From contig OZ245439.1 of assembly GCA_965226875.1 (NCBI GenBank), forward strand, positions 488,570-552,569: a stretch of 64,000 nucleotides of DNA. The letters run 5' to 3'. Shown piece after piece: positions 1 through 9,599 of this stretch. Numbering within the stretch: position 1 is the stretch's first letter; each line of letters starts with the position of its first letter. The stretch comes from Dehalococcoidia bacterium. GTDB lineage: Bacteria > Chloroflexota > Dehalococcoidia > Lucifugimonadales > UBA3495. The position numbers were made by a program, and so were the translations under genes. The notes below the pieces were generated by a model that worked only from the letters and a program-made list of their open reading frames with translations, was not told the DNA's origin and did no database searches.

Positions 1-186
1 GACTAGGCTCACCCGCCGCCACCACCGGCCTCTCGCGCCTGCGGATGCGCCGTACCGCCACGGGAAAACTTAAACTTGAATTCTGGAGCCAACAGGAGTA
101 GAACAGATTAATCGGATGATATCTCCAGCGCCCCTCAAAGCGCCCTCCGGCAGTCGAAGAGAACCGATGCGGCAGAGAAGGTAACG

Positions 187-1800
187 ATGGACACCGCCCT
201 CGCAGTCCTGCCCTGGATTCTGCCCCCGCTGCTTGGCGCAATCATCGGTTACGTCACCAACCGTATCGCCATCAAGATGTTGTTTCGTCCACTGAACCCC
301 AAGCGGTTTCTTGGCGTGCGCGTTCCGCTGACCCCCGGGGTGATACCCCGCAACCGCTTCGACCTCGCCAGTACCATCGGGCGCATGGTTTCGGAACAGT
401 TGCTGTCTCCCCAGGCGCTCCGGGAGCAACTGGACACCCCGGATTTCCGCGACAGCCTGAAGCGCTGGGTCGGCGAGCGCCGCCGCGCCCTGATGCAGCG
501 GCCCATCAACCTGCCGTCGGGCAACGGACGCACCAACGGGCATGATTCCGACAACGGCGGCGGCCCCTCCTTTCCCGAGGAGCTGCTGGAGGAATTGCTT
601 GGAGCGTTCCTCAAGTCGCCCCAGTGCGCCGGCATGGTGCAGTCCCTAGCGGAACAGGTTGCGCACGAAGTTGGCGGAAAGCGGATTTCGGACATCACCA
701 GTGCCGAGCAGGTGGCGGCCTTCGTGCATGGCAGCGTTCTGCCTGCACTGAGAAACGAGGAGCTGAGCAACACCGCTTCCGAGTTCGTCAATAACTGGAT
801 CCGAGATCAGTTCAGCCAAAACAAAAGACTGAAGGAATACCTGACACCGGAAAACCTGGAAGCGGTGCAGCAGCTCATCCGCAACAATATGCCCACGGCA
901 ATCTGGCTGATATTTAACTGGCTGCGCCAGCCGGACATGTCGGAAAAGCTGGTGAAGATCGTTCAGGACCTGGTCGAAGACACCGTAAGCCACCAGAGCC
1001 TGATGACCCGGTTCATCCTGAGCCTCAGCGGCAAGAAGGAAGAAGCCATCCGGGATATGCCCAACATCATCGGCAAGGTGATCGACGACGCCGAGCAGGC
1101 CCTGAACACCCCGGAGATGCAGGCCTTGGTCTCCGATGCCGTCGGTGTGGCACTGGACCGTATATCAGGCAGGCGGATCAGGTGGCTCATAGGCCGCAAC
1201 GAGCAGACCATCTACTGGATGGCTGACCAGTCGACCCGCCATGCGATTACGGCCCTTTCGGAAACGTCCGAATCCAGGGTACGGGAGGCCGCGAGCCGGT
1301 TCTACGAAATGAACTCCAATGCCACCTTGGGCGAATTCGCCGAGCGCACCCTGGGCGTCCGAACTGCGGCGGTGTCGGGCGTGACCGCCAACCTGATGGT
1401 GAACTACCTCGCCGACCCGGCAACTCCCGCCAACATCAGCAGGCTGGCCCGCCAGCTGGGAACAAGCGGGAATGGCGACGGCGATCCCATCACCGATCCC
1501 ATCACCGATCCCATCACCCTGGAAGCGCTGGTCCCGCTTTCCGACGAAACGGCGGAGCGGTTGGACGAATACCTGGGCGAGCAGGTCATCGGGTTCTTGA
1601 GCGACCAACTGCCGGAATTGAGCGGGATACTAGACGTAGAGGCCATGGTCACCAGCCGGATTAACAGCTTTGACGTCAAGGAAGTTGAGCAACTGGTGAT
1701 GTCAATTTCAGGCAAGCACCTCCGCTGGATCAACTGGTTCGGGGCCGGTTTGGGCGCCATAATCGGACTGATACAACTGGCACTGAATCCACCGCTGTAG
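187..1800 (+). CDS. DUF445 (YheB-like) family membrane-anchored protein
   Basis: N-terminal 'GAIIGYVTNRIAIKMLFRP...TPGVIP' and C-terminal 'LRWINWFGAGLGAIIGLIQ' typical of DUF445. Confidence 0.85.
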   Translation: MDTALAVLPWILPPLLGAIIGYVTNRIAIKMLFRPLNPKRFLGVRVPLTPGVIPRNRFDLASTIGRMVSEQLLSPQALREQLDTPDFRDSLKRWVGERRRALMQRPINLPSGNGRTNGHDSDNGGGPSFPEELLEELLGAFLKSPQCAGMVQSLAEQVAHEVGGKRISDITSAEQVAAFVHGSVLPALRNEELSNTASEFVNNWIRDQFSQNKRLKEYLTPENLEAVQQLIRNNMPTAIWLIFNWLRQPDMSEKLVKIVQDLVEDTVSHQSLMTRFILSLSGKKEEAIRDMPNIIGKVIDDAEQALNTPEMQALVSDAVGVALDRISGRRIRWLIGRNEQTIYWMADQSTRHAITALSETSESRVREAASRFYEMNSNATLGEFAERTLGVRTAAVSGVTANLMVNYLADPATPANISRLARQLGTSGNGDGDPITDPITDPITLEALVPLSDETAERLDEYLGEQVIGFLSDQLPELSGILDVEAMVTSRINSFDVKEVEQLVMSISGKHLRWINWFGAGLGAIIGLIQLALNPPL

Positions 1801-1830
1801 CAACCAGTGTAGCAACCAGGTAGCAACCAG
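1797..1830. repeat. 3 copies of GTAGCAACCAG starting at the DUF445 stop codon
   Basis: Copies at 1797, 1809 and 1820. Confidence 0.85.
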
Positions 1831-1866
1831 CCTGCTAATGCAAACCGAAACGGTCCTCGTTCGCGC

Positions 1867-3378
1867 TTACTGCGGGAACTCCGGAGACCGTAACAGCGCC
1901 TTCACCACCAACAGGGCGCTGCCCAGAAGTTCAGGCTGCACGAATTCCAGGCGGTCTTCCGGCGTGTGAATCCGGGAAACATCGGGCCCGTAGAGAAGCA
2001 AGACCGGCACGCCCGCGCTCACGAAATGCTGGTGGTCGCTGGAAGCCCACCGCGGCAGGGGCCGGGATTCGGCTTCCAAGCCAAGGTCTTCAGCAATTCG
2101 AAGCGCCAGGTCCGCGAGTTCTTCTTGGCCTGTCACTGCCAGCAGCGGACCGCTCGCCACCGCGTCGAGGTTCAGCATCGCCACTATGCGCCCCAACTCA
2201 GCTTCGCTCAGCGATGCAACGTAGCGGCTGCTGCCGTACAGCCCGAGTTCTTCAGCCCCGAAGGCCATGAATCGAACGGAGAAGGGCAGGGTCTCCCCGG
2301 CCAGCGCCTCCGCCAGTGCCAGCACCAAGGCAATGCCGGAGGTGTTGTCGTTGACCCCCGCTTCCGTCTGGGGAACAACGTCGTAGTGGCCCCCCACAAT
2401 GACCAGGTTACCGCCTTCCCCTTTCAGCTCGGCGACCACGTTCCGGGACTCCAATTCCTGGGTCTCTATCATCACCGACAGGATTACTTCTCCGCTTTGC
2501 GACGCCGCCTGAAGCTGAGCACCGGTCTCTGACTGGAGGAGGATCAGGGCGGGGATTTCGGACGGAGCTGCCAGTAGGGGTACGTATTGCTCCATGCCCG
2601 AGATGTTCCCGGAAATAACGGCGGCGATCGCCCCTGCCGCGCCGGCGCTGTTGGCCTTTTCCAGCAAGGCCGGCAGGGTCTGCGGGTCGTTCAACGCGAT
2701 GTCTCCGGGCTGTATCAGGACGACCTTCCCTACCAGCCCATCCGCCGGAAAGTCCTCGCTGCGTCCCTGGCCCACGGGCACCATGGGACCATTCTGCTTT
2801 CCGCCCTTGGGCGTCGAACTTAAAAGCAACCCGGGCAACTGAATCTCTATGGGCGATTCGACGATGACCTTCGCTGTTTCCCCGCGGGTTTGGAGGTAAC
2901 GCTGGACATCAAAGTGCTCGATGGTGAACGACTGGATTTCGGCCGAGTAACCCATCGCGTCCAGCCGCTCCTTGATATACTCGGCGGCGAGGAGTTCCTC
3001 ATGGGTGCCCGCTTCCCTGTGCCCCAGTTCCTGCACCAACTCCTCAACAAGGTCGAACACTCGCTCTGAAGCTGCCTCGTGTTCGTCGGAAACGAACGGA
3101 CTGACCGTGGGCGGCGGTGGCACGAAAGTGGCCGTGGAAGTCGGCGGAGGCGGTGGTGCGGCTGTGGCTGTGGGATTCAACGACGGGCTTGTGGGCGCTA
3201 TCGTTGGCTCAGCCGTGGGAGTCGGCGGCGTCGCCGTTGCCGTTGCAGCGGCAGTCGGCGGCGCCGTGGTGGGCGCTACCGTTGGCGCGTCCGAGGAACA
3301 GGCAATGAGAACGATCAGAATCAGAGAAATCGTAAAGATGCAAAGCCAGCGACCGGCTTGATGGAGCGATGGAGCCAT
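1867..3378 (-). CDS. M28 family aminopeptidase, lipoprotein with Pro/Thr linker and PA domain (start uncertain)
   Basis: LIAC lipobox; motifs GGHYD, GVNDNTSG, FGAEELGLYGS, SSDH, IHTPED. Confidence 0.85.
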   Translation of the reverse strand: MAPSLHQAGRWLCIFTISLILIVLIACSSDAPTVAPTTAPPTAAATATATPPTPTAEPTIAPTSPSLNPTATAAPPPPPTSTATFVPPPPTVSPFVSDEHEAASERVFDLVEELVQELGHREAGTHEELLAAEYIKERLDAMGYSAEIQSFTIEHFDVQRYLQTRGETAKVIVESPIEIQLPGLLLSSTPKGGKQNGPMVPVGQGRSEDFPADGLVGKVVLIQPGDIALNDPQTLPALLEKANSAGAAGAIAAVISGNISGMEQYVPLLAAPSEIPALILLQSETGAQLQAASQSGEVILSVMIETQELESRNVVAELKGEGGNLVIVGGHYDVVPQTEAGVNDNTSGIALVLALAEALAGETLPFSVRFMAFGAEELGLYGSSRYVASLSEAELGRIVAMLNLDAVASGPLLAVTGQEELADLALRIAEDLGLEAESRPLPRWASSDHQHFVSAGVPVLLLYGPDVSRIHTPEDRLEFVQPELLGSALLVVKALLRSPEFPQ

Positions 3379-3447
3379 GGAGATACTTCCAATCCAATTG
3401 TGGCAAACCGGATAGTCGGGGGACAAGCCGCTACGGACCTGGATTAA

Positions 3448-3590
3448 GAGACTATCTCAAAACGTGGCGCGGCACCCAACCCGTCATTCCCGCGGCACCC
3501 AACCCATAGATTCCCGCGAAGGCGGGAATCTATGGGCTTTGGTCGCGATGCCGGTACATCAGGAGGGACAGTTGATTTTGAGGTAGTTTC
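3448..3590. mobile_element. MITE-like element (IS5/IS1182-like ends) with internal REP palindrome
   Basis: TIR GAGACTATCTCAAAA (3448-3462) / TTTTGAGGTAGTTTC (3576-3590), 13/15 match; TAA on both flanks; internal GATTCCCGCGAAGGCGGGAATC. Confidence 0.65.
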
Positions 3591-3852
3591 TAAGGGGACA
3601 ATGCAACCATCCCACCTGGAGCGTTGCAAGACAACTTCCTCGGTGAATATACAATGTAATTTCGGGCATGTCGAACTACCGGCGCGGCGGTAAGGTTGTG
3701 GCAGGGCCGCAGACCAGCACGTTTTCCGTCACACCATTGACAGGGGCAGGTCTACAAACATAGGATTACCATAAATGCGCATTGCGCGGGATTCCGCGCT
3801 CCGCGCTTGGTGTCTTTGGATTTCCAGACCCGTAATTTCAGGGGGGTCTTTT

Positions 3853-5256
3853 ATGCCTGACAAAGAACGGATCGCACTCATGGGCCACCTCATGCGCCGT
3901 GCCGGTTTCGGCGCACCGTATGAAGAATTGGTGGCGCGCGCCGCCAAAGGATACGAGGCCACAGTGGAGGAACTGCTCCATCCCGAAGAGCAGGAGCCAG
4001 TGGATGCCGAGCTGCTCTACCGCTTCATGCCCGGCTACGAGGGCGCCCTCGGCCCGCCCCTGAACCAGGCCGAGTGGGTCTACCGGATGATCAACACGCA
4101 GCGGCCGCTGGAAGAAAAGATGGCCCTCTTCTGGCACCAGCTTTTTGCCACCGGCAACTCCAAGGTGGACAACCCGCCGGAACTGACCCAGCAGATTGTC
4201 ATGTTCCGCGAGCACGGCATGGGCAGCTTCCGCGAACTGCTGGTGGAGCTGGCCCGCAACCCGGCCATGATTTTCTGGCTGGACAATAACGGCAACCACC
4301 GGGGCGCCATCAACGAGAACTGGGGCCGGGAGCTGCTGGAACTGTTCTCCATGGGAGTGGGCAACTACTCGGAGGACGACATAAAGGAAGCGTCCCGCGC
4401 CTTCACAGGCTGGACCATTGGCCCGAAGATTCCACGCAACCCGCTGGGCCGGTTCTACTGGAGCTTCGAGTACCGACCGGAAGACCACGACGACGGCGAG
4501 AAGACCTTCCTGGGCCAGACTGGCGCCTTCAACGGCGACGACATTATCGGCATCGTGGTGAACCAGCCGGCCACCGCCCGGTTTTTGGCCCGCCACCTGT
4601 ACAATTTCTTCGTGGCCGACGAGCCGCAGGTGCCAAGCTGGAACATCACCCCGCCCAACGACCCGGCGGCCGTCGACGCGCTGATCGACACCTACAATCA
4701 GACCGGCGGCGACGTGCGCGCGATGCTGCGGACGCTGTTAAACTCAGACTTCTTCAAGGCAGCCCGGTACTCGCGGGTGAAGAGCCCCGCCGAGTTGGTG
4801 GTTGGCACCGCCAAGCTGGTGGGCAACTATCAGGGGCCGCGGCCCGGCTTCAACCAGCTTGCCTTCGAGTGCGCCTACCAAGGCCAGGAGTTGTTGAACC
4901 CGCCCAGCGTGGAAAGCTGGCACACCGGCGCAGAGTGGATTGACGGCGGCGCGCTGGTGCGCCGGGTCAACTTCGCCGCCGGACTGCTGGGCAACACCTC
5001 CCTGCCCGGCGTGCAGTCCATCATCGGCAACCTGCAAGAGCGCGGGACCATGACCCCTGCGCAGTTGGTCGAGGCCTGCCTGGAGTTGGCCGGACCGGTG
5101 GAAGTCGGCGAGGCCACCTACTCCGAATTGCTGGCGCAGGCCAGGGAGGGCGGCGATGTTCGCTGGGACAACGAGGACGACCTGGCTGGGTCCGAGAAGC
5201 GCGCCGGCCTAATGCTGACCCTGATCGCCGCATCCCGGGATTTCCAGTTCGCCTGA
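3853..5256 (+). CDS. DUF1800 domain protein
   Basis: HLMRRAGFG, LEEKMALFWH, NENWGRELLELFSMG, RVKSPAE. Confidence 0.9.
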   Translation: MPDKERIALMGHLMRRAGFGAPYEELVARAAKGYEATVEELLHPEEQEPVDAELLYRFMPGYEGALGPPLNQAEWVYRMINTQRPLEEKMALFWHQLFATGNSKVDNPPELTQQIVMFREHGMGSFRELLVELARNPAMIFWLDNNGNHRGAINENWGRELLELFSMGVGNYSEDDIKEASRAFTGWTIGPKIPRNPLGRFYWSFEYRPEDHDDGEKTFLGQTGAFNGDDIIGIVVNQPATARFLARHLYNFFVADEPQVPSWNITPPNDPAAVDALIDTYNQTGGDVRAMLRTLLNSDFFKAARYSRVKSPAELVVGTAKLVGNYQGPRPGFNQLAFECAYQGQELLNPPSVESWHTGAEWIDGGALVRRVNFAAGLLGNTSLPGVQSIIGNLQERGTMTPAQLVEACLELAGPVEVGEATYSELLAQAREGGDVRWDNEDDLAGSEKRAGLMLTLIAASRDFQFA

Positions 5257-5277
5257 CGGCTCTCGTCTTTAAGAGAC

Positions 5278-5313
5278 GCCCTCACCCCATCCCTCTCCCA
5301 CAGGGAGAGGGAG
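5278..5313. repeat. REP-like family A (CCCTCACCC..CCCTCTCCC..GGGAGAGGG); related copies near 10828, 11460, 11957, 13585, 16143, 28333, 32601, 48766
   Basis: Recurrent intergenic GC-rich palindrome visible at these positions. Confidence 0.75.
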
Positions 5314-5341
5314 TAAGACATACAAACCGCGGAGGAGCGCA

Positions 5342-6478
5342 ATGGCTACGACAAAGAAGGACCCGGTGGTGGTGGTGCTGCAAATGACCGGCGCCAACGA
5401 CTACCTGAATACCATCATTCCCTACACCAGCGGCCACTACCGTGACGCCCGCCCCAGGGTCGGCATCCCCGAAGACCAGGTGCTGCCCATCGACGGCGAG
5501 TTGGCCTTCAACCCCAACATGGCGCCCTTCAAGAAGCTGTACGATGAGGGAAAGGTCGCCATCATCCACGGCATCGGCTACGAAAACTCGCCCCGCTCGC
5601 ACTTCCGCTCCATGGACATCTGGCACACTTGCGAGCCGGACATCGTCGGCACCGAGGGCTGGGTCGGCCGCGTCCTCCGCGAACTTGACCCCAACTCCGA
5701 GAATGTGCTGAAGGGCGTCAATTTCGGGCAGGGCCTGCCCCGCGCCCTGGCGCTGCGCGGCGTGCCGGTGACGTCGGTCTCCAGCCTGGAGTCCTACGGT
5801 GTGCTGTCCAGCGTGCCAGGCGTGTCGGCAGAGGCCGAGCGCGCCCAGATCCTGGACCGCTTCGCCCGGATGTACGCCCCTGCGGTAGGCACCGGCGCGG
5901 TAATGGACTACCTGGGCCAGACCGGCCGCGACGCGTTGCAGGGCGCCGATATCATCCGCAGCGCCCCGGAGCGCTACTCCTCCACCGTAGAGTACGCCGA
6001 GACTCCCATCGCCAAGTTCCTGCGCGACATCGCCCAGGTCTACTTGGCCGACCTGGGGACGCAGGTGTTCTACACCCAGAACGGTAGCTTCGATACCCAC
6101 TTCAACCAGCCGCCGATGCACACCAAGCTGTGGATTGATATGTCCCGCGCCATCAGCGACTTCTTCGACGACCTGAAGGAGCACGACGCGGGCGACAACT
6201 TGGTAATGATGCTGTTCACCGAGTTCGGCCGCCGGGTCAGGGACAACGGCACCGGCACCGACCACGGCGCGGGCGGCGCAGCCTTCGTGATCGGCAACCA
6301 GGTCAAGGGCGGGATGTACAGCCAGTACCCGTCCCTCAAACCCGAGGACCTGCAACAGGGCGATCTGGCCCCCAACTACGACTTCCGGGGCTTCTACTCC
6401 ACCATCATCGACCGCTGGCTGGGCCTCGACCCGGTGCCTATCGTCGGCGGCAAGTACGAGCAACTGGACTTCGTGTAA
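5342..6478 (+). CDS. DUF1501 domain protein
   Basis: GANDYLN, RSHFRSMDIW, FDTH, TEFGRRVRDNGTGTDHG; canonical partner of DUF1800. Confidence 0.9.
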   Translation: MATTKKDPVVVVLQMTGANDYLNTIIPYTSGHYRDARPRVGIPEDQVLPIDGELAFNPNMAPFKKLYDEGKVAIIHGIGYENSPRSHFRSMDIWHTCEPDIVGTEGWVGRVLRELDPNSENVLKGVNFGQGLPRALALRGVPVTSVSSLESYGVLSSVPGVSAEAERAQILDRFARMYAPAVGTGAVMDYLGQTGRDALQGADIIRSAPERYSSTVEYAETPIAKFLRDIAQVYLADLGTQVFYTQNGSFDTHFNQPPMHTKLWIDMSRAISDFFDDLKEHDAGDNLVMMLFTEFGRRVRDNGTGTDHGAGGAAFVIGNQVKGGMYSQYPSLKPEDLQQGDLAPNYDFRGFYSTIIDRWLGLDPVPIVGGKYEQLDFV

Positions 6479-6506
6479 GCGCGAACAGTCCCTCAGAATT
6501 GGCGAC

Positions 6507-6530
6507 GGGGCGCACGTCTGTGCGCCCCTA
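6507..6530. repeat. GTAG-type REP-like hairpin (GGGGCGCAC..GTGCGCCCCTAC); related copies near 35985, 45267, 53258, 57600
   Basis: Recurrent short intergenic hairpins, some with GTAG/CTAC foot. Confidence 0.7.
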
Positions 6531-6551
6531 CATCAATCGGGAGGTGCAGCA

Positions 6552-7565
6552 ATGCTGACGACAGTGGCCGCAGGCAGGGTGTTCGATTACAGCTTCTGCC
6601 TGGGTATGTACGGAATGTCGGGGCAAGGGTTCTGGACACCACAGGACATGGCCCTGGCCCCGGGGTCCAACGGGGATGCGGATGTGGTCTACATCATCAA
6701 CCGGGGCGCGGAGGAGCTGGGGCAGCGCATCAGCCGGGTCACCCTCGACCACCAGTTTCTTGGTCAGTTCGGGGGCTACGGGCGCGGCGACGGGCAGTTT
6801 GTATGGCCCCGGTCCATCGCCCTGGATGGCGACAACAATGTCTTCGCCACCGACGATTTCCTGAATCGCGTCTCGGTATTCGATTCCGAAGGCGCGTTCC
6901 TCTCGACTTGGGGCGAGCCGGGCAGCGGCAAGGGGCAGCTCAACGGCCCGTCGGGCATAGCGTTCGACGCCGACGGAAGCGTGGTCATGGTGGACAGCCT
7001 GAACCACCGCGTCCAGCGCTTCACCCGTGACGGCGAATACTTGGGCGGGTTCGGTAGCCATGGCAGCAGCGACGGGCAGTTCGATATGCCCTGGGGCCTC
7101 TGCATCGATTCGGATGGCGCCATTTACGTGGCCGACTGGCGCAACAGGCGGGTGCAGAAGTTCGACGCCGATGGCAACCTGCTGCTCAAGTTCGAGGCGT
7201 CCGCCTCCGGCATCGGCGCGCTGGAGGGACCGACGGGGGTGGCCGTGGACTCCGAGGGCGACGTGTACGTCACCGACTGGGGCAGCCACCAGTTGCAGAT
7301 TTACGACGCCGACGGGCGCTTCATCGCCACGCTGGTGGGCGACGCGCAGCAGCCCTCGCCCTGGACACAGACCTACATTGACGCCAACCCCGACATCATC
7401 AAGGCCCGCCGCCGGGTCAACCTGGAGCCGGAGTGGCGCTTCCGCCGCCCCGTGGCGGTGAAAGTGGACGAGCACGATCGCATCTACGTGCTGGAGGCGG
7501 CCCGCCACCGCCTGCAAGTCTACGAAAAGGTCCAGGACTACGAGGAGCACCCGCTGAATCTGTGA
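6552..7565 (+). CDS. NHL-repeat beta-propeller protein
   Basis: Repeated 'GQFxxPxGIAxD..xYVxDxxNxRVQxF' units. Confidence 0.9.
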   Translation: MLTTVAAGRVFDYSFCLGMYGMSGQGFWTPQDMALAPGSNGDADVVYIINRGAEELGQRISRVTLDHQFLGQFGGYGRGDGQFVWPRSIALDGDNNVFATDDFLNRVSVFDSEGAFLSTWGEPGSGKGQLNGPSGIAFDADGSVVMVDSLNHRVQRFTRDGEYLGGFGSHGSSDGQFDMPWGLCIDSDGAIYVADWRNRRVQKFDADGNLLLKFEASASGIGALEGPTGVAVDSEGDVYVTDWGSHQLQIYDADGRFIATLVGDAQQPSPWTQTYIDANPDIIKARRRVNLEPEWRFRRPVAVKVDEHDRIYVLEAARHRLQVYEKVQDYEEHPLNL

Positions 7566-7604
7566 TTCGGCGCGACAGGGCAATCCTCTTCGTGGCGTCG
7601 CCAA

Positions 7605-7718
7605 TCAGGCGTCGCCACAATCATTTTGGGCGGCAGCTGGCCTTTCCCGGTCAAACAGGTCCTTGACCCGCCCCCGCATTTCGACGTCGCTGACCAGCAT
7701 GAGTTTCCAAGGCTGCAT
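7605..7718 (-). CDS. 37-aa small ORF (possible gene remnant) immediately downstream of the cobalamin riboswitch
   Basis: ATG at 7718, MQPWKLMLVSDVEMRGRVKDLF...; only positional support. Confidence 0.25.
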   Translation of the reverse strand: MQPWKLMLVSDVEMRGRVKDLFDRERPAAAQNDCGDA

Positions 7719-7757
7719 GAATCCCACCGAGGCCCCTGATGGGCGGCCCGGACGATG

Positions 7758-7960
7758 CGCGGCAGGTCTCCTGACTGATGGATCAGCGTCCTTCGGCGCC
7801 TTCCCGCCCATAGTCGGGCAGTGGCCGGATACACCAATCCGAAGGACTCCCCAATTACAGTGGTGGGCCCGTGCCGGAATTACACCGGCTTCAATTACAC
7901 TGGGTTCCCCATTCTCCCCGCTGCCCGGCGTAACGGGACAACAGAGCACCGCACACTATT
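7758..7960 (-). promoter_or_regulatory. Cobalamin riboswitch
   Basis: Minus strand reads GGTGC-hairpin-GGGGAA..GCCGGTGTAATTCCGGCACGGGCCCACCACTGT..GCCACTG..GGGAAGGC..AGTCAGGAGACCTGCC (B12 box). Confidence 0.85.
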
Positions 7961-8150
7961 CGGTTTGCACCGCCCACAATTGGGGCAGCAGGCGGCAACT
8001 GTCAACACAGCGGCCCCGGGCCCTACATTCGCCCAATCCCTCGAGGGAAATGCCTGGGGCCTCTCTTTTCCCAATCCCTCTGGGAGAGGAACTTTCCGAC
8101 CCTCTCCCAAGGGGAACATGGAACTTCACTGACAAAAAGTTGGCCAGCAG

Positions 8151-9563
8151 CTACGCCGACCGCTCCGGCCATACCGGGTCGTGGTAGCCAAGAGGCACCG
8201 TCGGCCTGGTCCAGTGGGGCCGAGTCTCCGAGAGTTGCAACGTCGGCGCCAGGTGGCTCAACCGCCCTGCCGGAACGTCACTGGCCGTGGACCACCGCCG
8301 TAATTCCTCGGCGGTGAACTCCTCCGGCACGTCCCGCAGTTCTGCTTCCGGCACCTGGCCGCGATCCACCAGCCAGCGGCCTGTCTGCGCCAGGGACGCG
8401 CGGACCAGCCAGCTTCCACCTTCGCGGACGCGCCGGGCGAGGGCCACCATCGCGCCGAAGGCCATCAGGTAGCCGGTCAGGTAGTCAATGGCCGACACTG
8501 GGTAGAACTGCGGCCCCGGCTCCGCGCCGGGGAACAGCTCGCCCTGCCGGTGGGTTATGCCGCTGACTGTCTGCACCACGGTATCGAAGCCGCGCCGTTC
8601 GGCCCACGGCCCCACGCGGCCGAAGGCGGACAGGGAGACGTAGACGATGCCCGGACGGAGCTTGGCCAAATCCTCCGGTGCGAGTCCCCGCTGCGCCAGA
8701 GTTCCCGGACGGTAGCCCTGCGAGAACACTTCAGCTTCACGCGCCAGCTCACGCAGGGTTTCCACCTCCCGGCTTTCCCGCAGGTCTATGTGGGTGGAGA
8801 GCTTGCCGTGCCCGGTGTCCAGTTCCTGGGTCGGGCTGAAGGGTAGATGGGAGCCACTGATTTTCATCACGTCCGCCCCGTGTTCGGCCAGTGTGCGGGC
8901 ACAACTCGGCCCTGCCAGCACCCTGGTCAGGTCCAAGACACGTATCCCCGACAGGGGCCGGGAGCCCTCGGGCATCGGCTCCGGCGGGCTGTCGCCGATC
9001 TTCTCGATTTCCAGCAGGGGCAAAGACGCTACGGCGGCAGACTGAGGATGCTGTGCCCACTCGGCCATGGAGCGAACCATTCCGCCGGCGCCCCTGGCGG
9101 CGATGATGGCTTCCTCCAGCTCCAGGGCGTCCCAGCCGGCCACGACCCGGCGCACCGCCTCCTGGTCTTCCTCGACGCCCAGAACGCCCAGGGCCGCGTC
9201 GCGGTGGTTGGGGAAGTTGCAGTGCAGATAGCTCCAGCGGCCGTTTTTTGCCGGATACACACCCATCACCGGGGTGCGCTCGGCGGCCACCGGCGTCCCG
9301 TCCATTGCCAGGTACTTGCCGCTGCGCAGCGAAGCCGTGGCCTGCCGGGCATCTATCCCGACCTCCTGGCGTCGTCCGGTGCGCAACTCCCAGAGGTCCG
9401 AAACGGCAAGCCCGACGGCGGCCAGGCTGGCGGATGCGGTGTCCCCGATGCGGAAGGGCGTCGGCAGAATGGGGTCCGGTCCGCCGGTGATTTGCGCTTC
9501 GGCGGCGCGGGCCGTGTCCCAGCCCACGGTTGAGAGGATTGTTGCCAGTGTCTGCTCACTCAC
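8151..9563 (-). CDS. Class III CoA-transferase (CaiB/BaiF family)
   Basis: PLSGIRVLDLTRVLAGP, QGYRPG, RRGFD motifs. Confidence 0.9.
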   Translation of the reverse strand: MSEQTLATILSTVGWDTARAAEAQITGGPDPILPTPFRIGDTASASLAAVGLAVSDLWELRTGRRQEVGIDARQATASLRSGKYLAMDGTPVAAERTPVMGVYPAKNGRWSYLHCNFPNHRDAALGVLGVEEDQEAVRRVVAGWDALELEEAIIAARGAGGMVRSMAEWAQHPQSAAVASLPLLEIEKIGDSPPEPMPEGSRPLSGIRVLDLTRVLAGPSCARTLAEHGADVMKISGSHLPFSPTQELDTGHGKLSTHIDLRESREVETLRELAREAEVFSQGYRPGTLAQRGLAPEDLAKLRPGIVYVSLSAFGRVGPWAERRGFDTVVQTVSGITHRQGELFPGAEPGPQFYPVSAIDYLTGYLMAFGAMVALARRVREGGSWLVRASLAQTGRWLVDRGQVPEAELRDVPEEFTAEELRRWSTASDVPAGRLSHLAPTLQLSETRPHWTRPTVPLGYHDPVWPERSA

Positions 9564-9599
9564 TGTTGTACCACTCCTCCTGATTCGTCGTTGCGAACC

